Below are positions 29,357 through 39,996 of a DNA stretch of 64,000 bases, one piece after another. How positions within the stretch are numbered: the stretch's first letter is position 1; each line of letters begins with the position of its first letter. Under the pieces are notes generated by a model, which made no database searches, was not told the DNA's origin, and worked only from the letters and a program-made list of their open reading frames with translations. The stretch spans positions 1 through 64,000 of the IMG/VR virus record IMGVR_UViG_3300012954_004455; one strand, 5' to 3'. A program made the translations under genes and the position numbers. Origin of the DNA: a virus.

Positions 29357-31080
29357 TAGAGATAAAGACTGAGAGGGGCAGCTTGGGACTCTACCCAGAT
29401 ACGACAATTCAGTTTGAATTGATTAATCCTCTGTTCTCAGATGTAGTGGGATACAATTCTTTTGTTTTCTCCCTCCAGATCCCGAATGATGGAAGGAATG
29501 TGGGTGTATTCGAGATGCCTGATGAACCCACGATTATACCGCGAAATGATACGTTGGCAGCGACCATCCTGTTTGATGGAGTAGAACTATTTGAGGCTAC
29601 TATAAAAGTGGAAGATGCAAACGACCGAGTGATTAATATCGGGATTAGTGTCATGGAAGCGAAACTGGCTCAGGAGCTGGATAGAGAACTTACTGAGTTC
29701 AATTTAGGAGGAGAAATAAGCTTATCAAATCAATCGGGATATAATGGGACAGAGGAGGTTATACAGGTCATGAATGAGGCGGCTAATGGTATGGGGGATT
29801 GGCCGTTTACATGCTTTCCATACAAAAATGTATCTCATTACCCTGAGTTGGTGCACCCCACTACTCCAACAAATTGGGAATATGAGATTATTAACCTATG
29901 GGATCAATCAGGAACTTTCTCTCAGGAGGAGCACGCTCATAGAAGTGGGATTAATGTGGAGAGATACACCGTATCGCCACAGTTCTTTTTATTGTACATC
30001 ATAAGGGAGCTCCTGCAGGAATTAGGATATGAATTGGTTCCATCTGCTTGGACGGAGGATCCAGAGATTCAAAGTGTGGTGGTGTGGAATAACCGAACCC
30101 TACAGGATGAACAATATTCTGACAATCTTGGGTCTATGGTGATGATATACATGTACCATTACCGAACGGTGATAAAGGCGGCAGAGCATGTGCCTCCGAT
30201 GAAGGCAAAGGAGTTCTTGAGTTCCATTTGCAAGGTATTCAACCTATCCCTTTTCTGTGAAGGGGCTCAAATATCCATTAGAAATAGGGAGGAAGTTGTT
30301 CTGGAGGCAGAAGAATTGGATTGGAGGGATAAAGTCACACATATATCGGTAGTGGCAGACTCAAGCGAGAACAAAGATGGGTTTGAGTTCAAGATCGATC
30401 GCGACGAAAACGATGAATTGAGCAAACCAGAACTTGACAAAAGGCCAACCACAGTCGGAGAGGTAAACTTCCCTCATGAGCTACCATTATCTTCAACTAT
30501 GGATTCTTATTTGGTGAGGGAGACTAATGAAATATATTCGTATGGAGACCAAGGATGGGAGCCTGTTACCTGGGATCAATTCACCATGGGAGAAGGCGAG
30601 CTCAAGGTGACAACAAAGGCTTCAACGACACGAATGAAAGTGTTGCCTTGGGGAGGGGGAGACTGGAGGATTCCAGCAGTAGATATGCCTGGTAGCTCGG
30701 AAGGTATTGCGGGTATGCAACATCCGTTTGGGTTGCGACTGTTATTCTATCGAGGAATATATGCGGATATTCCTAATGGAGTGGCATACCCACACGCTGA
30801 TGCATCACCAGTTAGAGGGATTTATAATTATTCTCTCCATTGGGAAGGGGAGAGAGGCTTATATAAGTCCTGGTGGGAAGGCTGGCACAACGTACAAAGT
30901 AAACAGATCATTCGAGGGAGCGTCCGAATTAATATTATGGATATTAAAACGCCCCCTTGGGAGAAGAAAGTTCGTATGAGAACCTCAATTGGCGAAATTG
31001 GGGTGTTTGTGAAAAGGTTGAATGTTTCTCTTTCGATGAGTGGCATACTCCCTGCCGAGGGAGAGTTTATGAGCCTGTGA
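29353..31080 (+). CDS. Putative tail tip/baseplate protein
   Basis: LYPDTTIQFELINPLF...SLQIP N-terminus, YSLHWEGERGLY C-terminal motif; precedes tape measure. Confidence 0.55.
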   Translation: MIEIKTERGSLGLYPDTTIQFELINPLFSDVVGYNSFVFSLQIPNDGRNVGVFEMPDEPTIIPRNDTLAATILFDGVELFEATIKVEDANDRVINIGISVMEAKLAQELDRELTEFNLGGEISLSNQSGYNGTEEVIQVMNEAANGMGDWPFTCFPYKNVSHYPELVHPTTPTNWEYEIINLWDQSGTFSQEEHAHRSGINVERYTVSPQFFLLYIIRELLQELGYELVPSAWTEDPEIQSVVVWNNRTLQDEQYSDNLGSMVMIYMYHYRTVIKAAEHVPPMKAKEFLSSICKVFNLSLFCEGAQISIRNREEVVLEAEELDWRDKVTHISVVADSSENKDGFEFKIDRDENDELSKPELDKRPTTVGEVNFPHELPLSSTMDSYLVRETNEIYSYGDQGWEPVTWDQFTMGEGELKVTTKASTTRMKVLPWGGGDWRIPAVDMPGSSEGIAGMQHPFGLRLLFYRGIYADIPNGVAYPHADASPVRGIYNYSLHWEGERGLYKSWWEGWHNVQSKQIIRGSVRINIMDIKTPPWEKKVRMRTSIGEIGVFVKRLNVSLSMSGILPAEGEFMSL

Positions 31081-31081
31081 T

Positions 31082-31630
31082 ATGGATGAAAAACTTAGAG
31101 AGGAGTTCCTAAGAGAAACTATCCTAAAATGGATTGGGCATGCTAGGAAGGAGCTCATAAAACGAGTAAAGAAAAAGGAAAAACATCTGCCAGAAGGTTT
31201 GGCTGATGATATATGGTTTGACCTATCTGTTGGGGTGGTCACCAAAATAACCCTCTCTCTGGGAAGCAAAGGGGACGCGGCGAGGATGATAGACATCAAA
31301 AAGCTTAAATGGGAGAAAGTTCCCCATAAAGCAATCTCGCTATGGGTCACCAAACATTATTCTAGACTCAGAAAAAGAAAGGTGCCAGGGTATAAAAATC
31401 AGCCTAAAAAATTAACAAAGGAAAAGCAAATCGAACGGATAGCAGCAGCTATCGCGTTTCGCAAAAGGTCAAGACCCGCACACTCCTCAAAAGGACGGTG
31501 GCTATACGCTAAGCGCATATATCAATTGATAAGTGTGCTTGAAGATATGCTGCGAAGAGAACAACATGATTGGCTCAAGAAAAAACTAAAGAATGAATTT
31601 GAGAACTTGCCCACAGTCGAGTTCTTCTAG
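31082..31630 (+). CDS. Basic hypothetical protein, possibly virion morphogenesis
   Basis: 182-aa Lys/Arg-rich ORF in the late operon. Confidence 0.55.
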   Translation: MDEKLREEFLRETILKWIGHARKELIKRVKKKEKHLPEGLADDIWFDLSVGVVTKITLSLGSKGDAARMIDIKKLKWEKVPHKAISLWVTKHYSRLRKRKVPGYKNQPKKLTKEKQIERIAAAIAFRKRSRPAHSSKGRWLYAKRIYQLISVLEDMLRREQHDWLKKKLKNEFENLPTVEFF

Positions 31631-31638
31631 TAGCCTAA

Positions 31639-31673
31639 TGTCCTATCCACATCAGCGAGAAATTTATCTCTTG
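31639..31673 (+). promoter_or_regulatory. Putative phage late promoter TGTCC-N27-TTG
   Basis: 40 nt before the tape measure ATG. Confidence 0.6.
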
Positions 31674-31678
31674 CTGAT

Positions 31679-34600
31679 ATGGCGAGAAACTCAGACATAG
31701 CTCACTTAAGTGTTTTCGTGGACGGTACTCCCGTAACGAACACGATTAAGAGCCTAGCGAAGGACTTTCGTAAGCTTAAACGGGAGGTTGAATCAACCAG
31801 TCAATCAAACGCAGATTTCCAAGAGAAGGCCAAAGAATACGGTCGCGTCCGAAATGAGTTGGTTGGACTTAGAAAAGAACTCAAACAGATAGCCTGGGAA
31901 GTTCAAGGTATCCCTGAAGACTCCATCGAGGGACTCACGAAAAGAGCGTCTCAATTGGAAGAACAGATGGGGAAGCTCTCTACGAGTTCTCAAGAGTACA
32001 AGCAAAAACTTCTGGAATATGATGAGGTAAAAAAGACGTTGGAGAGGGTCAAAGCAGAGGCTAAGGCTCTCACTGAGGTCGTTGAATCGGTTCCAAAGGA
32101 CTCGATTCAAGGCATGAAAAACAGGTTGGAGGAATTGAATGAGCAACTCATCAAGGCCAAAAGGGGGGGAGAGAAGTTTGTAGCGTTATCGGCAGCCTTT
32201 AAGACTCTGTCTCAAGAAATCAAGGAAACGGAAAAGGAGGCAAAAAAGCTGGAGGAGGCCATAGAAAGCTTTCCTAAAGGAAGTCTTAAGGCAGCGGAGT
32301 CGGAGGTGAAAGAACTACGAGAAGAACTATCCAGACTTCCAGAGGAAAGTGAGGAGTTTAATTCGAAGGTACAAGAACTCAGAAATGCCGAAAAACGTTT
32401 TGATAACGTCAAGAATAAGGTGAAAGGGGTCACTGAAGCCTTCAAGACCCAGAAGGGATCAATAAAGGATTTGGAACGGGAATTCAACAAATTGAATAAC
32501 GAAATCAGATCAATTAACCCAGAAACCCAAAAATTCAATGAGAAGCTGAAGGAACTGGCAAAGACTGAAAAAAGCCTCGACAGAGCGAGACGCTCTATGA
32601 ACAGATTCAAAGCCTCTCAAAAGCAAAGTATTTCCATTACTCAAAGACTAGGGAAATTTATGAAAGCCAATTGGATAGCCTTAGTGGCAGTCATTGGTAT
32701 GGCTATAAAGAAAGGTCTTGAATATGCCTGGCGACTCAGCCAGGAAATGGAAGAGCTCAGGGGAAAGATCAATATCCTCACGGGAGAAGTTGGGGATAGT
32801 TTAAATAAGGTCTCGGCTAGGGTCAAAGCACTTAGCAATATCTTCGAAATTTCGATAAAAGAGATATTAGAAGCGGGACAGTCTCTAAGCACAGCTTTTG
32901 GCAAAAAAATGTATGAATCCTTAGATAGCCTTGCTAAAGGATTAATCTTGGTAGGCGACAAAGCTGGAGAACTCTTAGATCAAATCTACGAATATAGCTC
33001 CCGACTTGAAGAAGCTGGATTCATAGCATCCCAAGCTGTTGCCCTAATAGTCAATTCGATTAACATGGGGACGTTCAATGATTCCCTTGTTGATTCAGTG
33101 AAAGAACTCGATTTGCGTTTGGAACAACTGAGTGAATCCGCAAAAAATCTACTCAACTTAAAGTTTGGCAAAGAACTGACTGAACAGATATTGGCAAATT
33201 CGGGGGATACAGTTAAAGCACTCCAACTGATATCGGGAGGAATCGCGGAACTCCTAGAAAATGGAGAAGATGTGAATGAGTTAGTTTCTGTTCTTTTTGG
33301 AGAGCCAGGCGAAAACCTTACCGCTGGGAACATTGCAAGGATAAAGGACATGAACCTGAACCTTGATGAACTTGTGGGAACAGGTAATACATATATACAA
33401 CTCAAGCAAAGGGAACTCATACTTGAGGAAAAAGCGGCTATAGCAAGTGCCTCTTTATCCCAAGAAATAGAGGGGCTTTCGGCATGGTTTAGAAGGGCAG
33501 GGAAAAACATATCGAGGTTTTTCGTCGGAGGGCTTGCCGCCACTCTGAAATTCTTCAATTATCTTCCTGGCCGTATTAAAATATTCGGGAGCTTAATGTC
33601 TCATGCTGCTGCAAAGTTTGCGAATGCTTGGATAAAGGTCATCAATAGAATAAGGAAATCCTTAGGGTTCGATCCAGTAAAAGAGTTTGAGGCCAGTGGG
33701 GAGAATATCCGTAACGCACGAAAGGCTTTACAAGAAAAGATTGCTAAGGATAAAAGGGATTATGAGGCATCACAAGCCGTAGAAAACCTTAAAAACATCA
33801 AGCAATACAAAGCTGCTGAAAGACTTGAGAGGGTGAAACAGGAAGTTGCAACTCAAAAGGCAGAAAGAAAAACATACAAAGAAGAGGCCGATAAGATGTC
33901 CAAGCTCAGAGCAGAATCTCAAGCAGAGATTGAGAGGTTGCAAATAGAGCTTATGGAGGACGGACTTGAGAAAAAAATAACTCTCCTTCGGTTCGAGACT
34001 CGCAAAAAAATTGAAGCTATCAAAGGAGGTCAAGCAGAAATTGAGCAATTAACCCTCTTATACGAAAAGAGGCTTGCCAAACAGATAAAAGCATTAAGAA
34101 AAGAAGAAGAAGTAGAGAACGCAGCAGCTCGTGCGAAGGATGCAAGCGAAGCCAAAGAATCACGAGATAAAGAGTACGCCCAGAGACTGGAGAGCCTAAA
34201 AAGGAGTAGAGACGAGGAAGCCCTTATAGACACACAAACCGCTGTAGAAAAAATACGTAATGGCGAAGATAGTGTAGTTGCAGAAGAGGTACTCAACCAA
34301 CAGCTTCTTGACGGCCAAATAGATTTCTTGGAAGCGAAGAAAGAGCTTCAACAGGAATTCGGGATGGATTCTCTGGAAACACAGACCCAAATCGAGCAAA
34401 TGAAACTCGATGAGGCAAGAAGGAGGGCTGAAGAAGAACTCGAAATCGAAAGGGAAAAAGAGGAAAAGAAGGAACAAGCAAAGCAACAAGCCCTTACAAA
34501 GACCAGGCAACTGGGACAGGCCATGACAGCCTTTTGGAAGGCTAAGTTGGATGAAGAACTAGATCTTCTCGATCAACAAAAAGAGGCTGAACTTGAAAAA

Positions 34601-35260
34601 GCGGGGGACAACGAGGCTGCCAGAGCTGAAATAGAGGCAAAGTTCCAAGAGAAAAAGGAAGAGGCTCAGAAAAAAGCAGCAAAAAAACAGAAAGGGGTAT
34701 CCATAGCCAATACCCTAATAAACACGGCAGAATCTATAGTGAAGACAGGGGCTACCTTAGGATATCCCCTAGCCATTCCGTTTCAGGTCATGGCTGGGGC
34801 GATTGGAGCTCTCCAGATCGCTACTATAAGGAAACAAAAATTTGCAGACGGGGGCTTCACAGGTGAAGCACCTTGGGGAGCCGTTCCTGATGAAACGGGA
34901 GAGATTCCAGTCGGTCTAGTCCATAGACACGAATATATTGTACCAAGGAGAGTCGTTGAAGATCCTGCTTCAATACCTCTCATAAAGTCTCTAGAACGTA
35001 TGAGAAGAGGCCAAAAATTCGCGGATGGGGGCATGGCATTGGACTCCCCTACCCTCTCCCATTCAAATATAGACGTAAACCCGTCTGACGATTCACTTGC
35101 TGCAGTAGGGCAGAAGATGGACAAAATCCATCATACCCTACAACGGATGAGGGACGATATTCAAAACCAACGTTTGGTCTCCATAATCGGAGAAAAAGAA
35201 GCAAATGTAATTGATAAAGCACAAAAAGAACTCTACAGGAGAAGAGGGACTGCACTATGA
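31679..35260 (+). CDS. Tail tape measure protein
   Basis: 1193-aa coiled-coil protein with a central hydrophobic segment and C-terminal QIATIRKQKFADGGFTG...GLVHRHEYIVP. Confidence 0.85.
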   Translation: MARNSDIAHLSVFVDGTPVTNTIKSLAKDFRKLKREVESTSQSNADFQEKAKEYGRVRNELVGLRKELKQIAWEVQGIPEDSIEGLTKRASQLEEQMGKLSTSSQEYKQKLLEYDEVKKTLERVKAEAKALTEVVESVPKDSIQGMKNRLEELNEQLIKAKRGGEKFVALSAAFKTLSQEIKETEKEAKKLEEAIESFPKGSLKAAESEVKELREELSRLPEESEEFNSKVQELRNAEKRFDNVKNKVKGVTEAFKTQKGSIKDLEREFNKLNNEIRSINPETQKFNEKLKELAKTEKSLDRARRSMNRFKASQKQSISITQRLGKFMKANWIALVAVIGMAIKKGLEYAWRLSQEMEELRGKINILTGEVGDSLNKVSARVKALSNIFEISIKEILEAGQSLSTAFGKKMYESLDSLAKGLILVGDKAGELLDQIYEYSSRLEEAGFIASQAVALIVNSINMGTFNDSLVDSVKELDLRLEQLSESAKNLLNLKFGKELTEQILANSGDTVKALQLISGGIAELLENGEDVNELVSVLFGEPGENLTAGNIARIKDMNLNLDELVGTGNTYIQLKQRELILEEKAAIASASLSQEIEGLSAWFRRAGKNISRFFVGGLAATLKFFNYLPGRIKIFGSLMSHAAAKFANAWIKVINRIRKSLGFDPVKEFEASGENIRNARKALQEKIAKDKRDYEASQAVENLKNIKQYKAAERLERVKQEVATQKAERKTYKEEADKMSKLRAESQAEIERLQIELMEDGLEKKITLLRFETRKKIEAIKGGQAEIEQLTLLYEKRLAKQIKALRKEEEVENAAARAKDASEAKESRDKEYAQRLESLKRSRDEEALIDTQTAVEKIRNGEDSVVAEEVLNQQLLDGQIDFLEAKKELQQEFGMDSLETQTQIEQMKLDEARRRAEEELEIEREKEEKKEQAKQQALTKTRQLGQAMTAFWKAKLDEELDLLDQQKEAELEKAGDNEAARAEIEAKFQEKKEEAQKKAAKKQKGVSIANTLINTAESIVKTGATLGYPLAIPFQVMAGAIGALQIATIRKQKFADGGFTGEAPWGAVPDETGEIPVGLVHRHEYIVPRRVVEDPASIPLIKSLERMRRGQKFADGGMALDSPTLSHSNIDVNPSDDSLAAVGQKMDKIHHTLQRMRDDIQNQRLVSIIGEKEANVIDKAQKELYRRRGTAL

Positions 35261-36078
35261 CAATCGCTGAATGGGAACGTAATAAAACATGGGAAGCGAC
35301 GGAAAACCTCATTAAAAAATATGGGAGTAAGAGGATGAGGCTCTTACTACGAGTGACCAGTAAAAAAAATCTTAGCAATCGACGGATTCTGGAGAAACAT
35401 CTTCTTCAGATTAAGAAAAAACATCAAACAAACCCAAGGTCAAACCCAGGGTCAAACCCAGGGTCAAACCCAAGGTCAAACCCAGGGTCAAACCCAAGGT
35501 CAAACCCAAGGTCAAACCCAAGGTCAAACCCAAGGTCAAACCCAAGGTCAAACCCAGAGTCAAACCCGTATAGTGGGCTTTCTTTCAGGTTTCGAGTTAA
35601 ATCGGGAGTACCCGATATACAAAAGATCGACCTAAGGATTGTAGAATTGGCAATAGAGAGAGATTTCTGCATCAACTGTGTAGAAATCATATATAAGAAC
35701 GGGCGATATTCTGAAGAACAAATCAAGAGGAATAGAAGAGCCGTAATAATCTTGAACAGGATTAATAAAGAACTCTCGGATCTTAAATCCAGAAGAGAAA
35801 TTCTAGAGAACTCGATTATGGCAGAAGAGCCGCTGGCAGATGACCTAGTTATATCCTTCGCCAAAAGAAAATACTCAACAAAGGATATAAATGCGATGGA
35901 TAAATCGGAATTAAAGGATCTTAAAGCGCGTATTTCTACACGCGCCTCTCAATATAGATCGAAAGCTAAACTGCAAGAAAGCACCACACGCCTCAATACA
36001 ATTCTAAAAATCAAAACTTTAGAAGGTTATCTAGATCTAATCCAAGCGGAGGAAAGAAAAAGGAAGATTAAGAAATGA
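35257..36078 (+). CDS. Hypothetical protein containing an (NP[R/G]S)n repeat
   Basis: 273-aa ORF coupled to both neighbours. Confidence 0.7.
   Translation: MTIAEWERNKTWEATENLIKKYGSKRMRLLLRVTSKKNLSNRRILEKHLLQIKKKHQTNPRSNPGSNPGSNPRSNPGSNPRSNPRSNPRSNPRSNPRSNPESNPYSGLSFRFRVKSGVPDIQKIDLRIVELAIERDFCINCVEIIYKNGRYSEEQIKRNRRAVIILNRINKELSDLKSRREILENSIMAEEPLADDLVISFAKRKYSTKDINAMDKSELKDLKARISTRASQYRSKAKLQESTTRLNTILKIKTLEGYLDLIQAEERKRKIKK
35429..35567 (+). repeat. 12-bp tandem repeat CAAACCCA(A/G)GGT, about 11.5 copies
   Basis: Directly visible; in-frame. Confidence 0.95.
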
Positions 36079-36533
36079 AGAACGGGATCATAAAAAAAAT
36101 AATAAGTCATTATCAAAAAGGAACAGTATTATCACCTCCTGAAGAAGGCTATAGAAACACCTTACTCAAGGTGGTGGAGCTCCACAGAAAAGGATGCTCC
36201 AAAACGGAAATAATTAAACAAATAAAAGAGGACGGGGGGCTACCTCAATGGAAGGTATACCAAGCGTATGAACATGCTTGGAAACTCTTTGCTATAATAT
36301 TCGACATATCTGACGAGGCGAAGAGAGCTATGGTTGGCCAATTCTATTTGGATTTGGCCGAGCGAGCGAAAGCTAAAAAGAATCTCGCCATAGAAAAAGG
36401 GGCAATTGATTCCTATGCAAAACTTCATGGCTTGTTTAAAAACAAGTCGAAAGAGGAAGACAAAACAGTAATAAGACGCCCCAAAAGGCGATATAGTACA
36501 GATCCCTCTGTACTTGATATAAGAAAGGAATAG
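36075..36533 (+). CDS. Putative terminase small subunit
   Basis: Immediately upstream of terL; HTH-like N-terminal half; AIDSYAKLHGL motif. Confidence 0.55.
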   Translation: MKNGIIKKIISHYQKGTVLSPPEEGYRNTLLKVVELHRKGCSKTEIIKQIKEDGGLPQWKVYQAYEHAWKLFAIIFDISDEAKRAMVGQFYLDLAERAKAKKNLAIEKGAIDSYAKLHGLFKNKSKEEDKTVIRRPKRRYSTDPSVLDIRKE

Positions 36534-36535
36534 GA

Positions 36536-38047
36536 ATGCAAGAGTTAGTATATGTACATGCCAAACAGAAACTCTTCTTGGAAGCAATCTTTTCCGCTTT
36601 ATACAAGATATTCGTTCTGATAGCGGGACGAGGATCTGGAAAGTCAAGCGTAGGAGGTATATACCTAGAGGAATGTGTCCATGCGATGCCTGGCAGCTCG
36701 GGCTTCATCGGCTCCCACACAGCCGAAACAATAAGTAACAGGATTATTCCATCTATGAAAATCGTTTGGGAGGAGATGGGATACATAGAGGGAGTTCATT
36801 ACAAGGTCGGAGGAACTCCGCCTTCCAATTTCGAAAAGCCAAAAGCGGTTCCAGACGATTATAGGAATGTGATATCATGGTATAATGGTACGGTTATCTA
36901 TATGATTTCATTCTTCAATGACAAAGGAGGAAGGGGGGCTAATTTCCAGTTTGGATTGGTTGATGAAGCGACCCTAGTAAAAGAGAGTAACTTCGCCCCT
37001 AATATCATCCCTGCATTACGAGGTATGGGTCATGTAACAACTTTGAATCCGATAGATCATAGAGAACCTAGATGGGGGAAACTGGTGGAGATAGACGATG
37101 AGTTCTATGAGGAACTCAAATGGGAAGAATGCCCCCTTTGGGGAACCCTGATGCTAATGGGGTCAAGAGCTTGGCATGAAATCGGGAAATGGGTTGAAGC
37201 TTATCAAGAAAAAGAAGAAATAAAAATTGCAGACGAGGTTTACAGAACTTTCTATATGGAGATGACTGCATTGGACAATCCCCTCACTGGGGAGAAGTAT
37301 GTAGCCTTAATGCGTTATCACCTAGAAGAGGCTGTATTCGCCTTGGAGATAATGAATAAGAAACTCAACGTTGAAGATAGACTCAAATTCTATCCTTCAT
37401 GGCAGGATAAGATTCATACGATATTCCACAACCCCTACAAGAAAGATAAAGGTCTCATAATATCTTGGGACTTCGGTAGTTATACCAAGGCTACTGTGTG
37501 GCAGGAGCAAGAGGATTATCTATATGGTATAATGGAGTTCGAGTCCGACAAGGGTTTGGTCTCCGACGTATGTAACCAAATCATTGAGTTCTTCAAGGAT
37601 CACGGGGACAAGCATATAGAACTCCAAGGAGATGTGAACGGGATGTATACTCCATACTCCAAAAACAGCAATAAGAGTATACATGAGGTGATTATTGAAC
37701 GCTTATCCAAACAGTTTAGTATCACCCCGATACAGAACACCCACAACCCTCCTCACACCAGCAAATATGAAATGCTAAATGATGTGTTTGCTGAAACATT
37801 TCCTTCTCTCCCCAAAATTCGAATATATGCACCCCAGATGCAAAAGACGTGCATAAGCATCAAGCTAACCAAAAGACTAGACGATGGCTCAGGCAGGAAA
37901 GATAAAAGAAGCGAGCATCCACTAGAAAAGACTCCTCAAAAGCACGCCACACACGGAAGCGATACCGTTGATTATGTAATCTACAACAAATACAAAAGTA
38001 GATGGATTGGCGGAGGGACTGGGAAGGGTTATGCTAGCGTGAATTAG
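36536..38047 (+). CDS. terL: Terminase large subunit
   Basis: Walker A AGRGSGKS, Walker B GLVDEA, nuclease motifs SWDFG and HGSDTVDY. Confidence 0.88.
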   Translation: MQELVYVHAKQKLFLEAIFSALYKIFVLIAGRGSGKSSVGGIYLEECVHAMPGSSGFIGSHTAETISNRIIPSMKIVWEEMGYIEGVHYKVGGTPPSNFEKPKAVPDDYRNVISWYNGTVIYMISFFNDKGGRGANFQFGLVDEATLVKESNFAPNIIPALRGMGHVTTLNPIDHREPRWGKLVEIDDEFYEELKWEECPLWGTLMLMGSRAWHEIGKWVEAYQEKEEIKIADEVYRTFYMEMTALDNPLTGEKYVALMRYHLEEAVFALEIMNKKLNVEDRLKFYPSWQDKIHTIFHNPYKKDKGLIISWDFGSYTKATVWQEQEDYLYGIMEFESDKGLVSDVCNQIIEFFKDHGDKHIELQGDVNGMYTPYSKNSNKSIHEVIIERLSKQFSITPIQNTHNPPHTSKYEMLNDVFAETFPSLPKIRIYAPQMQKTCISIKLTKRLDDGSGRKDKRSEHPLEKTPQKHATHGSDTVDYVIYNKYKSRWIGGGTGKGYASVN

Positions 38048-38058
38048 CATATATCACC

Positions 38059-38082
38059 AAAATGAAGAAATTTCTTCATTTT
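38059..38082. repeat. Perfect 24-bp palindrome AAAATGAAGAAATTTCTTCATTTT
   Basis: Directly visible just after terL. Confidence 0.85.
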
Positions 38083-38271
38083 TCGCTAATGGGCGCACCC
38101 CGCGCTTTAAGCATATCTATTTTCAGATTTATTTTTTTTCGGTTTTGTAAAAGCTTGGTAAAAAGGCATTTACGGCAAAAGTATTCCGAAAAAATTAGGG
38201 GACTCCCCTACCCTATTTTACACGGTATATACGTCTAATTAGTCATCATTTCGACTGTACAGTAGTGTTAA

Positions 38272-38306
38272 TGTCCTATTTTACGTAAGACTTGGGCGGC
38301 ATCTTG
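38272..38306 (+). promoter_or_regulatory. Putative phage late promoter TGTCC-N27-TTG
   Basis: 38 nt before ATG 38310. Confidence 0.6.
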
Positions 38307-38309
38307 CGA

Positions 38310-38654
38310 ATGATGTCAAGAACGATACATAAAAGCCGCATCAACTACTGGCTGAATGTAGAAAAGCCAAAAGGAGGGCAACGACTGTTCTCGATGAGCA
38401 TCCTCCTTCTGACAGGAGATGATCGTGGGTTTTGTCGCTTCTTCCCTTCTGTGAGGTTGTGGAAGGATGAGGATAAGGAGGAGAAGGAGAATAAAGTTCA
38501 GAAGCGAGGAGGAAGTGGATCGAAGCAGGGTAAGGGAAAGGTGAATAGAAAGCACCACGAAATGTTTACCCTATATGACACTATAGAGGAGAAAGTATTT
38601 AGAGTACACTTGAGCCAAATAAAAGAATTCAATGGACAAGAGGTCAGGCACTAA
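38310..38654 (+). CDS. Hypothetical protein upstream of portal
   Basis: C-terminal IKEFNGQEV; overlaps the portal start. Confidence 0.6.
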   Translation: MMSRTIHKSRINYWLNVEKPKGGQRLFSMSILLLTGDDRGFCRFFPSVRLWKDEDKEEKENKVQKRGGSGSKQGKGKVNRKHHEMFTLYDTIEEKVFRVHLSQIKEFNGQEVRH

Positions 38655-39996
38655 CGCATTCATTAAAGTGGTTCCTATCAATGTGAGGGAAAGCAGCTTG
38701 CAGACGAAAAAAACGAGCAATCCAGCGGAGGCATTGAGCGAGGATATGACGTTCGTGAGGAAGAACTTCTGCAGGGATGATATTATTCCCTGGTTTGATA
38801 AGAAGAATAATCACCCTGAGAGGATGATGACGTTGGTGACGAGTACTCCGAGCTTTTTGCCATTGATGCTGACGCTTGTGAAGATTACGAATGCAGGGGG
38901 ATTGACGCTGTTTGGGAGGGATGAGAAGGGGAAGATTGTGCCGCTACAGCAGCATAATTGGCCGCCACAGATCAAGGACTTCTATGTCTATAACGACCTC
39001 TATATGTGGGCGTACAACTTGATTAGCGACATGATTTTTCTGGCAAATGCGTTTCCGTTGGTGACTTTTTCTCAGGGGGCAAAGGGAAAAAATGTGACGG
39101 TGAAACGGCGGATTGTGGAGCTGGGACGGCGGCGGCCAATGTATACGCGGAAACTGAAAAAAGCTAAGAAGGAAGACCCCCAAAAGTATATTCATGTGCC
39201 TGAGTGGACGCAGGAAGGGATAGAGAAGGAGGCTGTGATTTATATGCATATGACGCAGAAGGCTTTCTTTGATGAGAATTATGCTTTTGTGGCGGGTGGC
39301 AATACTTTTCAGCATGACCAAGGGCTGTTTCATCTGAAAGAGGATATACCAGGCTTCTCTGATTATGCGATTCCTCGGTATTATGGAGGGTTGAAGTCTG
39401 CGCAACTACAGAAGTTCATTATTGATTGGCAGACGTCGAATCTGCGGGATTCTATGGTACTGCGGGCGCATGTGCAGATTAGTGACCGATATTTTGCGGC
39501 TAAGCTGCAAGATATCAACCCCGAGACAAAACAAAAATATACTAGGAAAGAGATATCCGAGGAGGTTGGAGAGATGGTTGATAGGTTGTTTCATGATCCT
39601 GAGAAGGCGTTTAAGACGCTTCTAAGTGGGGTATTTTTCTCGCCTAAGGGTGAGGCTGTGCCTGATATCAGGATTGAAGCGATTAAGATTGATTTCAAAG
39701 ACGAAGCATTCGTCGAGTTGGAGAAGAATATACGGTCTTTGGCTACTTCTGCGGTGGGATTGTTACCGAGTTTGGCGGGGTTTATTACGGAGAAGGGAAT
39801 GAGCTCTGGGTCGGAGATGACCCAAAGTTTAAACTTGCAGGGATTCCTGGGGTGGCATTTACGACAGATGATAGTCAATTTGATGGAGTGTATACACAGG
39901 TACAATGGGTGGGATGAGGAATATACATGGGGCTTCCCTATGCCTGCCTTGGTTACTAAGGATATTGATAAAGGAGGGATTACGGATGCTACTTAA
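38632..39996 (+). CDS. Putative portal protein
   Basis: 454 aa; IIPWFDKKNNHP, DYAIPRYYG, GLLPSLAG...SSGSE motifs resemble Bacteroidota phage portals. Confidence 0.7.
   Translation: MDKRSGTNAFIKVVPINVRESSLQTKKTSNPAEALSEDMTFVRKNFCRDDIIPWFDKKNNHPERMMTLVTSTPSFLPLMLTLVKITNAGGLTLFGRDEKGKIVPLQQHNWPPQIKDFYVYNDLYMWAYNLISDMIFLANAFPLVTFSQGAKGKNVTVKRRIVELGRRRPMYTRKLKKAKKEDPQKYIHVPEWTQEGIEKEAVIYMHMTQKAFFDENYAFVAGGNTFQHDQGLFHLKEDIPGFSDYAIPRYYGGLKSAQLQKFIIDWQTSNLRDSMVLRAHVQISDRYFAAKLQDINPETKQKYTRKEISEEVGEMVDRLFHDPEKAFKTLLSGVFFSPKGEAVPDIRIEAIKIDFKDEAFVELEKNIRSLATSAVGLLPSLAGFITEKGMSSGSEMTQSLNLQGFLGWHLRQMIVNLMECIHRYNGWDEEYTWGFPMPALVTKDIDKGGITDAT

Noticed and set aside
35429-35567. CRISPR array
   Set aside because: Contiguous 12-bp units with no spacers, in-frame within a CDS, and no cas genes.
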